This document shows positions 1-12,832 of a stretch of DNA of 64,000 bases, one piece after another. The position numbers and the translations under genes are program-made. The notes beneath the pieces are model-generated. The model was not told the DNA's origin and did not search any database. It saw only the letters and a list, made by a program, of their open reading frames with translations. How positions within the stretch are numbered: position 1 is the first letter of the stretch; each line of letters starts with the position of its first letter. Origin of the DNA: Epithemia pelagica (lineage: Eukaryota > Protista > Bacillariophyta); contig OX337236.1 of assembly GCA_946965045.2 (NCBI GenBank), positions 1,674,001 to 1,738,000 of the forward strand, in the 5' to 3' direction.

Positions 1-3000
1 CCTTTATTTGGTTCTCTAGGACAACTACTTAACAAATCACAGACCAGAAGCAAGTGCCAAGAACAAATGGAGTCTTTTATTGTGGCTCACTCTCATGACA
101 AATCCGAATCTAAATCTCCAGCGAATCTCCGCCATCTCAAGTATTTCTTTCTGCAGTTGATAAAAGAATATACTAAATGACTGTCAATATATTATATTTA
201 CCAAAATGCACTGCGATTATGGATGTATAGTTTCCGTGACGTTTCTTCCATTGTCACCTTCAGTGACATTCGTGGTTGGAGATCAACTGGTACCGTCATT
301 GTCCGCACTTGAGAATTCCTTCTCTGCAAGTCTTGGGCTTCTTCTCGTTGGCGAGTCGTTTGGGGTTGGGGGTGGTTTGCGATTGTCTTTCTTGCGTGGT
401 GTTCTAACCACAGTTCTTGCGAGTGCCTCAGAGAGTGAATTCTGCTTCGTCCGTTTCCTTCCTTTTTGAATAGTTGAAGAGGCTTTACGTTTCCCACTAT
501 CTCCTTTCTTGCCTTCATTGACATTTGCAACGGGCAGACTAGCAACAGTCTTCTCCAACGCGGTTTGTTGAATGAGTTCATTCTTTCTTTCCTGGATGGC
601 TTCTTTTAACGCCGTGTCAGAATCTTCCTTGTCTTCGTCATCGTCGTAAGGAGCAACAACTTTTCGATCCAAAGCCTCTAGTTGATCTTCATCTCGTGGA
701 TCGTCTACCAGATCAACCAATTCGACGTCGTCCCATGTCGCATCGCTCACAACTGTCTTCTTATCAACCTTTTTGACCGACTTGAACTTGTAACTTGTCT
801 CCGCCTCTATGCCGTGGGCACCAATAGTTCCGGACAGTTCGTAGAGTTCCAGCTTCGACGTTGCTCGTAGTACCGTTTCCATCCGAGTCATATCGGATTG
901 TGTCGGTGTGGCTTTTTCCAGTGGGACAACAGGAACTTGTGTTCCTGCTGCCGGGGTGCGTTGTTGTGCGGTCTGTTGTACCTGACTGACTTCTTCCCCT
1001 TTAGATTCCTGGCTGAGATCTATCACCTTCTTTGCTTGGCGGCCACTGGCTGCCTTTTTTTCGTCGGAGGTCGCGCCTTCTTTGAGTAGCTTTTCATTCT
1101 TGACAATCTCAGAGCGCACCTCCCTTGTAATACTCTCCATAGTGCGCATTTCGAAGTTCTTGTCTAGTTGGCGTCTCATTAAGGGATTCCTATCCATGAA
1201 CGACGACCGAGAGAACACGCGTTCCTGGAACGCGTTTGTCGCAGGTTTCGATATCCAAATCAAGGCACTAGGAAAGAGTTTGGGGAATAGCATCTTGTTG
1301 TCGGACCACCATTTCAAGACGTCAAAATATTTCCCAACGACATGGAAATAGTGTTCCGTACAGGCCAACTTGAATTCTTGTTGTTTTTCAGGGTTCCACG
1401 AACCAGATAGTTTCAGAAATGCGGCAGTGGGATACTGGCGAATCAAGTCCTCCCAGGATCCATGGACAACGTTCTCGCAAAATTCGAGATAGCGTCCAAA
1501 CTGTTCATCACACATCTTGTATAGCTTGGCTCTATCAACTTGGTCATCTGTACTGGTACTTGTCGCCGTCGCCTCCATTAGTGCAGCATTTTCTTTCTCC
1601 TTGGTGATGCGATGTGTCTTGAAGATGTTAAAGCAGTCCATTACATTCGTGACAGCTTTTGGGACTGAAGGCTCTTCCTCTTCGTCCTCGATGATCTCCA
1701 CAGGTGTACTTTCCTTTTGTTGTTCACGTTCCTGCTGCTGATTCGACTTGGATTGGGGATTGGTGCCATTCTTCTTTGGCTGCGAGAACTTGCGGACAAT
1801 GTCCATCACAAATTCTTTCCGAATCCGTTTAAGACTCTCATCGTCGTAAACATTTATGGTTTTCAGTATGTTGGGACCATAAGATGCAAGGAAAGGATGT
1901 CCACACATGGCGTGTTCAGCGTGGGAGTCATGGCCTTCCTCAATGTAGTTTGTATATTCCACAAGTACTCGCTCGATCAACAATTGACTCTTTTCTGACA
2001 ATTTGTCGTATGTTACAATGTCTCGATACGATTGAAGCTTGGCGATGGTGAGACTGGCATCCCATGGGCGTGCATTAGGCCCAGTAACAGTCAACACGGG
2101 CACTCCCTTATCTTTCATGACTTCCACACAATGCTTGCTGGTGAAGATTTCCAGCAATGAACAAGCCGATGCAGAAGGGTCGTCAACTTGGAGTGACATG
2201 GAGACTTGTTTGAGTGGGGCCAAGATTCCCTCGAATTCGGCCAAGAGCTGCCAGTCCTCTTCAGAGGGATAATGTTTAATGAATTTGTCGTCCTTGTACT
2301 CAAATTGCTCTTTTGCATACATATCCGTTACAAATTTGTTCCGGAATAGGTCATGGAAGGTAATGATGCAGCCTCCAACACGGGTTGTATTCGGCATAGA
2401 GACTTTGATGACCTTCCTCCCATGTTTTAGGGCGTAGGAACGTAGCTTTTCAAATCGTTTGGCACGCGAACTCATCATCCATGCTGCAAATTTGAAGCTA
2501 TAAACAGTCATGAATTCCTCGTTGCTGTCCACCACTTCGCCTTTTTTTTTCCGGACTGCCAGACCTGTGGAGTGTTTCAAGATCAGTTCGGCCCTGTGCA
2601 TGTCGCACTTGCCGCCTGTCTTATTACCCACTATATACTTTCCAGCCAACACGGCGGAGTTCGTGTTGTCATTCACGGAGGCAGAGAGGTCTTGTTGCGT
2701 AAAGCCGACAGCGTTGAGGATTGATGAGGTGTGGTCGGCTACTTGTTTTGCTGTATGACCCTTTGTTGAGCAAAGGCCAATCGGGAGTCTGTAAGATTTA
2801 CAGTTCCGAGGATCGGTGAACATCAAACAAACCCCAAGGACATCCTTGTCATTTCCCTGCCAGATGTCGTGTGTTATCGTAGAAAAGGCGATGGGTTTGT
2901 TGCATAGATCATGGTACGCTTGTCGTACCTTTTCTCCAAGTTCCGTAACGGTCTTGAGAAAATCATTGTAGGACTCCAATCTCATACGAGTGATTGCTTT

Positions 3001-4548
3001 GTTGCTTATGGAACAGTCCTTTTCCTTGAGCTTTGGGGCGTTGGCAATTGCACACTTAAGAAGATCTCTAAACGATTCCTTCTCAACAGTTGATGCCGGG
3101 AAACCACAGTCATTCACGAACTTATAAATTGACTGATGAAACATTACTCTGGCATCTTGTTTGCTAACCATTGTGCCAGAATACATGGAAATGGGTTGTT
3201 GAGTAGGGTCGGTTGCAACAGAGGCAGTATCTTCCACGACTTCGGGGTGGTATTTACCAAAGTGTGTGCTGATGTTGGACGAAAGGCCTCTGCCAAGACC
3301 AAGGAGACATTTGTCGAGACTAACAGTCGGGTCGTCGAAGCAATGTGGACAAACAACAAGCTTCTTTACAATGGAATGATAGCCATCGTTCATTTCTTTG
3401 TCTTCATCAGAAGCTGACTCTAACAATTGCAGACACGAAAATAAACCTGGCATTTTCCCCAAATTGACAGCGGGGTTTGATTTTAAGGTCTTCTTCGTGC
3501 TGGTCAATTTCTTGAAGTTCAGGTAACGAACTTTTCCAAAGAACGAATTTTGGAAATTTCGAAAGAGCTTCTTCGGAGGTGGACAAAACGAGACATATGA
3601 TTTCTCTTGTTTGATTTCATCCTTTCGGCTTTGTGTCAAGGGTCCCTCGTCCGTAGGAGCAGGAGCAGCAACTTGTTGAGAGTTGTCTTCATTGTTGGCT
3701 GTTGTAGGAGGCGCCTGGTTTTCATTTTCTCTTTCATTGGTTGTTGTCGGTGGGTTCGTGGGTTCTTCATTGTTGTCGTCACCTCCAGTTGCTGAAGATA
3801 GTCGAGCTTCTTTGGAGGATTGAGATGACTGCTGTTGATTCTTCCCTCGGGGAGCCATGGCATACATGAATGTCGCTGATGAAAGACTGGAAACAGCAGG
3901 GGAGTTCAAATCTACTTCAATGTCCTCGATTGGCAACAAAGACATGTGCTTTCAACCAGAGATTGGTTGTTTGATTCCGACAGTGTCAACTGGAAAAATC
4001 ACACCTCATTTGTGTGCTGTAATGCTGCAACAAGCCACAGCAGAGGTGAAGAGATTGTGTGTTGGGTTCAGTGTTAAGAGGAAAGAGGTAAGGGGCCAGT
4101 ACCGATTATATCTTGTTGACTGTGTTTGTTACTGTAGGATAGTGCCAAGTGACCAAGTGTCAAGTGTCGAGAGTCGACACTGACACTAGTTGCAATGAAG
4201 TAAAATTACAACTTGATTTGGAGAATTTAGTTCTAATCTTGAGACTTGCAATTAGACTTCAGACTTCGAGTCACTAAGTGGAGACATGTAACTTGATTGA
4301 ACTATGTGAGAAAATTGCAACTTGGATAATTACATTGGTGTGTGCCAATGTTCCGGTAATAAGAGCTTGTAAATAACTAAGTTGGATGGGTCCAAGTCAA
4401 GTTCGATGAAAAATGTGAGCGATTTGACTTTGTGCAAAAAGTTCGTTTGGGAAAGGCTAGTAATGTGATTTGATTTGTGAAATTATGGTGAAAAAGTTCA
4501 AAAGTTGCAGAACTTAGAAAATTTTTCGCTAGTGACTTCCACACCCTG
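1..4548 (-). mobile_element. hAT DNA transposon; 5' end probably at 4548, other end beyond the window start
   Basis: Minus strand from 4548 reads CAGGGTGTGGAAGTCACTAG, a hAT-like CAGGG terminus, about 600 bp upstream of the transposase ATG. The AT-rich 4200-4540 stretch has many ACTT/AAGT repeats resembling subterminal repeats. Partner TIR not found in the window. Confidence 0.6.
283..3945 (-). CDS. hAT-superfamily DNA transposase, 1220 aa, uninterrupted ORF
   Basis: BED-type Zn finger (CPHC...HFGKYH); DDE triad in THDIW / VNDNTNS / FQERVFS; CxxH motif (CDMH); hAT C-terminal dimerisation signature WWSDNKMLFPKLFPSALIWISKPATNAFQERVFS. Confidence 0.9.
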   Translation of the reverse strand: MSLLPIEDIEVDLNSPAVSSLSSATFMYAMAPRGKNQQQSSQSSKEARLSSATGGDDNNEEPTNPPTTTNERENENQAPPTTANNEDNSQQVAAPAPTDEGPLTQSRKDEIKQEKSYVSFCPPPKKLFRNFQNSFFGKVRYLNFKKLTSTKKTLKSNPAVNLGKMPGLFSCLQLLESASDEDKEMNDGYHSIVKKLVVCPHCFDDPTVSLDKCLLGLGRGLSSNISTHFGKYHPEVVEDTASVATDPTQQPISMYSGTMVSKQDARVMFHQSIYKFVNDCGFPASTVEKESFRDLLKCAIANAPKLKEKDCSISNKAITRMRLESYNDFLKTVTELGEKVRQAYHDLCNKPIAFSTITHDIWQGNDKDVLGVCLMFTDPRNCKSYRLPIGLCSTKGHTAKQVADHTSSILNAVGFTQQDLSASVNDNTNSAVLAGKYIVGNKTGGKCDMHRAELILKHSTGLAVRKKKGEVVDSNEEFMTVYSFKFAAWMMSSRAKRFEKLRSYALKHGRKVIKVSMPNTTRVGGCIITFHDLFRNKFVTDMYAKEQFEYKDDKFIKHYPSEEDWQLLAEFEGILAPLKQVSMSLQVDDPSASACSLLEIFTSKHCVEVMKDKGVPVLTVTGPNARPWDASLTIAKLQSYRDIVTYDKLSEKSQLLIERVLVEYTNYIEEGHDSHAEHAMCGHPFLASYGPNILKTINVYDDESLKRIRKEFVMDIVRKFSQPKKNGTNPQSKSNQQQEREQQKESTPVEIIEDEEEEPSVPKAVTNVMDCFNIFKTHRITKEKENAALMEATATSTSTDDQVDRAKLYKMCDEQFGRYLEFCENVVHGSWEDLIRQYPTAAFLKLSGSWNPEKQQEFKLACTEHYFHVVGKYFDVLKWWSDNKMLFPKLFPSALIWISKPATNAFQERVFSRSSFMDRNPLMRRQLDKNFEMRTMESITREVRSEIVKNEKLLKEGATSDEKKAASGRQAKKVIDLSQESKGEEVSQVQQTAQQRTPAAGTQVPVVPLEKATPTQSDMTRMETVLRATSKLELYELSGTIGAHGIEAETSYKFKSVKKVDKKTVVSDATWDDVELVDLVDDPRDEDQLEALDRKVVAPYDDDEDKEDSDTALKEAIQERKNELIQQTALEKTVASLPVANVNEGKKGDSGKRKASSTIQKGRKRTKQNSLSEALARTVVRTPRKKDNRKPPPTPNDSPTRRSPRLAEKEFSSADNDGTS

Positions 4549-5000
4549 CTTCCGACTTCCGACGTGGTGCCGAAAAAAACTCCTGACACATTAGGGATAA
4601 GGATTCGATGTCAGCACTACAAAAAGCTCCAAAAGATGAGGAGTACTTAGTTGCAGCTTGCAGCCCGAAGAAATAATGAGACGCCCCCAAAATAAAGAGT
4701 GACCAAGCGGGGAGCAGCAGTAGGCTCTGAGTCGCTGATATTTGTCGTAGTTTGTCGCACAAACGACACAAAAGAGAGGTGGAGATGAGACGAGAGGCGA
4801 GAAGCAGACTGCAAACGAGGGGTACTCCAATACAAATCAAACAGAAGAGTGGCCCGCAAATCAGATAACGGTGTATTGCAGTTCAAAGAAAGAGTTATCC
4901 AAAGGAGATCGTTTGGGGATCATTCACAGTGGTTGTTGAAAGCTTGCCTTCCAGACCATATCCTGTGGTTTTGAGTTCTGCACGGCGGGGATTCAACAAA

Positions 5001-8000
5001 ATGAAATGGGTGCGGATGATTGGAGTTCTGACTGGGTTGTTGCTGGCGCTTTTCCAAGAACTTTTGGTGGCAGCCGATCTGGAAGATGAGATCCGTCTTG
5101 GTGTGACAATAAGAAACCGAGATATGCTTGAAAGAGCTCCGTCGTGTATGCATACCTTCTCAAGAGTGGAACTCGTGAATCAGGTCCGTTTTTTATGACA
5201 GCACCTTTCTCCGTTTCTTTGATACGGTACAGGGTTTGAGCTGACATTTGTTCTTCACACTTTCCATGTGCAGCATAACGATGAAGTTGTTATCAAATCA
5301 ATCGATATCTCTCCAGAGACAATGCTTCGTGTGGACAGTGATGGAATCGAGTATGACGACATTGTGTTTGATTCGTTGGCTCCACAGCTTCATGCATCAA
5401 AAGTTACAGATGACTTCGTTGTATTGGATCCTGGCCAAGGCGCCATTGTACCATTGACGTTCTTACCCCGGTTTCCTCCAATCAAGTCCGAAGGAGATAC
5501 CCTGGTGACCCTGCCATCAAAACTCAGCCCATGGCAGCAGGCAGATCGCGAGGGATGGATCGGTTCTGTAAGCATACGGAACAACCTTGGATGTGAGGTG
5601 GATGATCCAGAGTCGTATAGAGTCACAACAATGCTCCTGGTTGAAACCAATTTCGGAGTGGCGAGGATTCCCTTTGATGCAAATAGCGTACGAGACAATC
5701 CCTATTCTCTTCCTGATGTAATATATTTCGCCTCCGCAACCGATCACAATCCGAGTAGAGAAACGTTCCAATCCTACGTGGCGGAAAATGGAATAAGAAT
5801 CATGGACAGTCACTGGAATGCCGTCCCTTCTGAAAACGATGACCCCGATCCAGACTGCTATGACTTATACCTCAAACATCCTGAGGACAGCTACTCCAGT
5901 ATTGATATATTTCTGCAGGAGATTTCAGTTTCAAGACCAGAAAATGTTAGTTTGAGAATACTTCCGGAGAAAGATCCAGATTCGAATTTAATATCGTGTG
6001 GTCCGCTAGACAGAATTCGAGAGTGGACTGAACAAGGCGGTCTACTCATTCCTCCAGACGATGAGCAACACTATATCGCAACAATCTGCAACCACGCAGC
6101 GGAAACAACAAGTATCTCGGAGGAGTCTGACGAGGAAGACGCAGAAGACTCCATTTGGATGGATCCTCTAGATGTGGACGGAAGTTTGGGCTATCTTCAG
6201 ATAAGGACAGAGAGTGAAACCCTGTATGTTTCGCTATTTGAGTCTGAAGAAAGCAGGAGAGAAACTCGTGCTTTGCGCTACTTCTCCGACGACACTGATT
6301 TTTCTCCACGCTACAATCTGAGTTTAATGCCGGAGAACCCTGTAGTTCAGGGATATCCTGAGAAACTTGAGGTTGTGCTGGTCAACGGAACAGCTCACTC
6401 GTCGTCTATGTCGCTTGGACTCCTTAATACGGACGACGAGATTGACATGACAGTTATGAAAACCACTTTGGCATTTCATGACGACGATGCCGATAAACTT
6501 GATGATCTGGGTATCGAGGTGACAATAGATCCTGCTGGTTTGAGGGAAAATGACTGGTTTCTGGGTGCTGGCGAACGGATAGACGATGCCTTTTTTGTCG
6601 GGATCTCCTGGGATCTATCCAGTGTTGATACCGAAATCGACTATGAATTACATGGAAGAATATTAGTGCAAGGAAGCACTTCTTACAGGTCAACTGCTCC
6701 CTGGGTAAGAGCTGCAATGCAGGACCCAAGCCTTGATGCCGATACCATGTACGAGATTCCAGTTGTTCTACATTGCGTGGAAGGGAGGCTTGGCATTGCT
6801 CGTCAACGTTCGCTGTTGCCCGATTCATTTTACCACGCCGACTATGACAACCCTGCAAGTGCAAGTGTCGGTGCTATTGAGGCCGTTTTCTTTCCTGATT
6901 CCAATGAAAATATGGATAGACGGAGTGAGAAAAAAGGAGGGTGGCATTCATCGAAAAGTTTGGAACACAACTTGAATGCATACAGTACTGCTAACGCGTC
7001 GATTTCTCTCAAAGATGTTTTCATCGAGGATTACAACGGCACAAAGGTCAATGGGACTGGAACAACTCCATGCAATAGATTCAACGTAACCCTTGGCTTC
7101 CAGGAAAAGTTAGAGGTCTCGTTCGGCGATCGGATTTCTGATATGGGTTCTTTCATCCTGCGGTACGACTTTCCTACCGGCGATCGTTCAGCAGAGGAAG
7201 TTTCACCAGTTCAATGCTTCCTGACATTTACAACATCACCAGATTCCGGATTGCATTCATTTCCCTTACTCATCTACACGGGGCGTGTCGACGTATCAGT
7301 GAATGAATTCACCAAACCGCGAGACCTGATCCCTCCCTCATTAGAGAATCTCAACAGGATCCAGGCATTGGTGGGATTTCCCCAGATGCTTGATTGGTTT
7401 CAGAACTCCAAGGCGGGGATGGCACTTCGTTCACTTCTTGGCTCGAAACGACCGGAAAATGATCAGATGATACTCTCGCGGTACTTGTACGGTTTATCGA
7501 GAAGTTCGTTCGATCTAGAATCTTCGATTCTGAATCCCGTACTGTTAAAAGTTGGAGCGATCAATCCTGATGAAAAGGAAATCATTCCTTTATTCCTCAC
7601 AAATCACAATCCCATTCCGTCGTTGCTAAGAATCGATGTTAGTGAAGTAGAAGGACTGAGAATGACGTTGGGTCGGAACCCTGTTGAGGGCCGTGGAAGC
7701 TCAATCCTTGCGAAAACCCCCGAGCGCCAAGACAGCACGAATCGCTCTGCAACGGTTGACCATGGTCCATTCAAAGGGCAGCCTGTTGAAGGATTGGCCA
7801 AGTTTCTTCAGTCTGATCCAAGAGCGCAGGCTCTGTTGTCATTTAGTTTCCACGATGCAGTTGAATTGAGTGAAAGCGCTGCATCTCGTCAACGGTTGTT
7901 GAAGAACATTTTCGTAACTCAATCTACTGTGGAGTTTCACAAAGATGCGACACCCCCTGATTCTAGTTTTTCCATCGACTGTACCGGCTTTGGTGTTTCG

Positions 8001-11000
8001 CAACCGTACAGCAAGTTTGTCTTAAGTGTTAACGGCAATCGAAGTTCCATCGGTCCAATTACCATATCGCCTGACAGTAAATCTGTCCGATCGCTTCCAT
8101 CCTGTGGGAACTTGACGCAAAGAACCGTAAACGACAGTCTGCCCTCCACCATACTACTTCCTGCTGGGGGAGTGGCAAGGTTTGATATCCGTCTGCAGTC
8201 CCCCCCTGTGGCACTCCTCGACCAAGACGTTAGCCAGTTTTTGGTTACTGGCTTAGTACTGACCACTGAAAACCGCGAGGTTATGCCCATTTTTGTTGCT
8301 TTTGAAACGCCAAGAGGAAAGCTCGACGTGTCACCTGATTTTGAAGAGGAGGGCTTTGACAGTCACTCGATACCAGGACTTCGGACACTGAGAGTACCAC
8401 CTGGTATTTTTCACAGTCGTTCTGTTGCAGTGGAAACCATCGTCAGAATTCCTCCCAAATCTCAACAATTGGAAGGGATTGTTGTTAGTGATATTGCTTC
8501 ATTGAACGCAAGCAGCGTTGACTCGGGTGTTTCACTCTTTATGACATCTTCATTCAAGCGCCCAGTTGAGCTTCTCGATGTCGTTACTTGCAATCCTTTG
8601 TTTGAAGTAGTTCTTCGCAATGGGTCACTTGCAAGTGACCCAGTTCTTGGAGTTAACATTGGCAAAATAAGAAGTGTGGTTCCCTGTACAGCCCCAGCTG
8701 AAGTGCAGGAATGGCTGACAGACTCTCCCTCGTTCTTCCTTTGCGCTTTAAATTGGGTTCTTGGGCGAAAAGATCTACAACCTCAAGGGTGTGGTGGGCG
8801 ACTACCAATTGATAACCAGATAAACGGGACAGATTCAAGGGACGGTGCTAGGATTGACTTCGGGATGGCAAATCGAGCCTTCAGCCGAGCTCTGTTCATC
8901 TCTGCTTGGTCACGAAAAATAAAGCGCCCAGTCGATGGGGTGGTTGCCCCTGCTCTTGTTGATGCAGTTGCCAAAGCATGGAATATTTGGAAATTTGGTC
9001 ACGAATCGAATCTTCTTCGATTGACGACAAGCCTTCGTGCGGTTGTTCGATACAACTCAAGCGAGTTCGAGCGCTCTGGACAGAAAGATTCCTCACACGT
9101 CCTTTCATTGGCAATGGCAAATTTGACAATAGATTCTGTTCTTGAAATGCCCTCTCTCATGGGACGACCAAATGCTACAGACTCAGTTCCAGCTGAACAA
9201 CAGATGATTACTGTTGATTTCGCGCCAACGTATGTTGGAGCTGTCAGCTCAAAAATGATTCACGTTTCAAACCCAACCGCTGCGGCAGTCAAAGTGCGGC
9301 TGGCTGTCGCGCCTCCGTTGCATGAGTTCGAAAATTATGTCGGCAAAGATGCCTTACGACTACCCACTATCGTACGCGAGGAATTCCTCACGGATCATGA
9401 AGCACCATATGCGCAAAGTGGTCTCAAAGCTGCATCAAGCATGGAGTACGTGAACCAACAGTGGTGGGATGGGAGTGGGTCCTTCTTTCTTTCCGATTTT
9501 TGGGGTGGACTGGTGCGCTCGCATTACAACATTACAGTGCGGGCAGCAAGCGGAGCGTTGGTAAGCCTTTTGAGTCCCGGGTTGCTGTCAAATGCAGCGT
9601 TCATAGCTGGGTGTGGTTACCGATGCGCGGTCAAGGATGAAGTCGGTAAATTTGATAGTCATCACGACCTTCGTTCGACCAGCTTCATTGGTGCTTCGGC
9701 GGCTGAGGGTGCTGTTCCGTTAGGACATCAACGACTGTCGAAAGAACCGAGCAGTTCATCGAAGGGAGTGTATTTTAAAGCGGGGGGTTCGATGCTAACA
9801 GGAGGTAAGGGTCCTGCTCCGTTTGCTATTCCCTTTTTCGCACTGAAGGAAGAAGTTGAGATTCCTGCGTTCGGTGAGGCAGCTCTTGGGCCCGTTCTTT
9901 TCCGCCCTCCCGGACGCACCAAGCACATGGGTTGCGAATCGAGTCACAGCACAGTTTCGCCTTCCCACTGTGGCGACGAGGGTTTCACGAGTACTTTGTT
10001 CCTCGAAAACTCGTTGACCGGACTGGAAAAAGTTTTGTTGCGTGGGCATGCCGTTTGGGAAAGAGTCGTGTTACAGGACGTTCCTCTCCATGAAGGACTC
10101 GATCGATTCAGCGATATGGAAATGCGAAATGGACGTGATGCACTAATATTTCCTGGAACTTCAGAGTTTCGCCTTTACGGATCTCCTGCCGTGGTGAAAC
10201 AACTGATGGTGAGAAACGAAGGTGATGTTCCTGTTGCCTTTTCACCGCCGTTCCTTACGAGTACGATGGAGTTAAACCGCAAAATCAAGCTTCGGCATAA
10301 AGGATCCTGCTCCCTTGGAGAATTCACGGTGCATCCTTGTTCACAGTCGAATGTCCCTATTCGATTGAAACCTGGGGAAAACCACTCGTTCTTCGTTCAA
10401 CATGAGCCTCGTTGCACACAACTTTCTTCTTTTGTCGCGTTGGTCCTTGAGTACAATAGAGATGAAAATGACGAAGCCGGTACCGCTACTTTATTCTACC
10501 GGCAGCACCATCGCAAAAACATATTCCGTAAATCAAGGGAGGAGCTGCTAATTGGATACCGGATGGATTCCACGGAGCTCTCCAGTTGTGTTCCATCTGG
10601 AGGACATGTTGTTTTCAGCTTCTTGGAGGCGATGAATCACCTAGGCTTTAAACGACCTGAGAACAACATATTTGAGGGCTACGGTATGGTTGCTATTCTC
10701 GCATTCGCGATGACATACACGTTTATCATATTGATTATAACTGCCGCGGGTCTGATTTTGGTTCGGAAGCTTGTGTGGCGGTTGACTACTTCATCCTCCT
10801 TTTCAAAACGCCTTCGGGGAGAATCCGGAAGACCTCCTTCGACAGAATCTGTTTGGTTATCGTCATTTAGACTACTGTCGAGAGGTGACCCGTTGTCGCA
10901 AGAGCTGAAAAATTTGCGGCGTGAACAAGTTCGACTTGGTCTTCTTCAGCAATTTCGCGCCCAGGGTGTTCTTCCTCCTCTGTGTTTAACTCCTACGGGT

Positions 11001-12563
11001 GTCTTCCAAAGAGAACGCATTTCAAACCCCAGGCACTCTGGAAGCAAGTCTGGTATCAGCAGTGGTGGCAGTGAACGAATTCGAACCCTCAGTGATACAA
11101 TATTCAACAACGGCAAGATGTGCTTCTCTGCTTATCGCGGCCTTTTTAGCTTTGGAGCAGGTTGGAAAACAGCTCTGGCTAGGGGAATAATTGATGACTT
11201 CTCGCTTGAGAGATTCCAAACAAATCTGGAAACTGACCAGTTGTTTCTGTTGAGGAGTGAGCATCCAAGCCTGGCTTCAGAAGATGAAAGTGCTGAGTTT
11301 GATAGTAGTTCATCAGCCGATAACGAAGCTGATTCGACTGAGATGTCTTACGGTAGTCACGAGGAAAATGAAACACAGCATCGACAAAGTGGGGAATTCA
11401 ACGACGGAGATGACGAGGAGGAGGATTCTGACAGCGAGAGTATGGATGAAAACTTTTCCCCAGAAGTTTTTGTAACCAAGATTTCCGACCGAGACGAAAA
11501 GGCGCATTCCTTACAAAGCACTAAGACGCAAACACCAGTTATCGAAGTATCTTCCACATCTCGCAACGAATCATCTGAATACACGAAAGTTATGCACAAA
11601 GGAAAATCGTCGAAGAAATCTGCGAAACCCCGACACAATAAAACCACTGATAATGTGCAAAAAGGTCAAGTCACATCCGCTACTATCGAAACAAGTGAAC
11701 AGTCACAGAACCATTCTGAAAAACCTGGGCAGGGGCAGGCGTCAGCAAAGATATTGGCCGGTAAAGGACCCAAGCGCAAAGTTGGCAAGGCCTCAAATGG
11801 TAAACTTTCAGCAAAGGCTCCACCGTTTGAGCCTAGACCACCAGTTGAATCACTCGAGAACAAAGGTGCCAAAGCTCATGCTAAGGATAAGCCACCTAGT
11901 GATCCAAAGCCGACGCCTCGACTTCCTCCTGGTCTTGCTCCACCACCTGGTTTTGAAGGCTCAGAGAGTGTTCGCCTTGCCACGAACGCTGCACAGCCTG
12001 CAGCTCAGCATCGTATTGAAAGCTTTTCTCCACCTCGCAACTTAAGCAGCAGTGACAGTCTACCTCCCTTGCCTGATGTGGTTGGTGATGCTACTCCAAT
12101 TTCGGGCGATAATATCGCGGTGGTCGGTAGCCCGTTGCGTCCCTCATTTGGCGTTGATCTACCAACAGAAAACAACAACTTGGTCGGATCATTGCTCGGT
12201 GGACCTCCGCCTGCTGCACAGCACGACAGCTCGGACGGATTCGATATCATGGACTTTCTCGACGGGGTTTTGAACGAGGGTACAGCACAACCGGAGCCTG
12301 CTGAGGACGCTCTAACTCCTGTGGCGGAGGGGACAGATCTCGCTGGTCCTTCGTTGGTGCAAGTGCCATTGAACCCATGGGCTGCCGCCACTGAAAACGA
12401 ATTTGGATCTCGCGCAGCAGCCTATGGTATAAACTTTGAGGAAGACAGCACCGGTGCTGGAGAAGGTGTGATTGTCGACTTACCCATGCTAACTCCTTCT
12501 GCTATCTTAGGAGCTCAAGATGATGAGGAGAAGGACGAGCTTCCATCAAGCATACTGAAGTGA
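5001..12563 (+). CDS. TMEM131: TMEM131-like large membrane protein (about 2490 aa; exon 5001-5183, intron 5184-5273, exon 5274-12563)
   Basis: Exon 1 encodes a signal peptide (MKWVRMIGVLTGLLLALFQELLVAA); a phase-0 GT-AG intron with CTGAC branch site joins it in frame to the 2431-aa ORF. TMEM131-like segments VDFAPTYVGAVSSKMIHVSNPT and LFLENSLTGLEKVLLRG; TM helix near aa 1810-1840; low-complexity acidic/K/P-rich C-terminus. Confidence 0.7.
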
Positions 12564-12832
12564 TTCGTAAATTTTGACTATTGCTTTAATGATGGCCCTA
12601 TCACATACGTTAATCCAAAGTTACTCATCACGCAAAATCTTACGGATTCCGTTGGAGTCGCTACCTCGATCCTCGATCTCGATGTGGTGGGAGTGGGCTG
12701 AAGGGTGTGGCTACTAGATAGGGTGGTAGTTGGGGTTTTTGTTTGTGGTCTGGGCGTTGTCCGCTCAGAAAGCGGATGCCAACAACCAACCAATATCATC
12801 AATCATATTGGGTGCCCATTATGTTCCCATAG

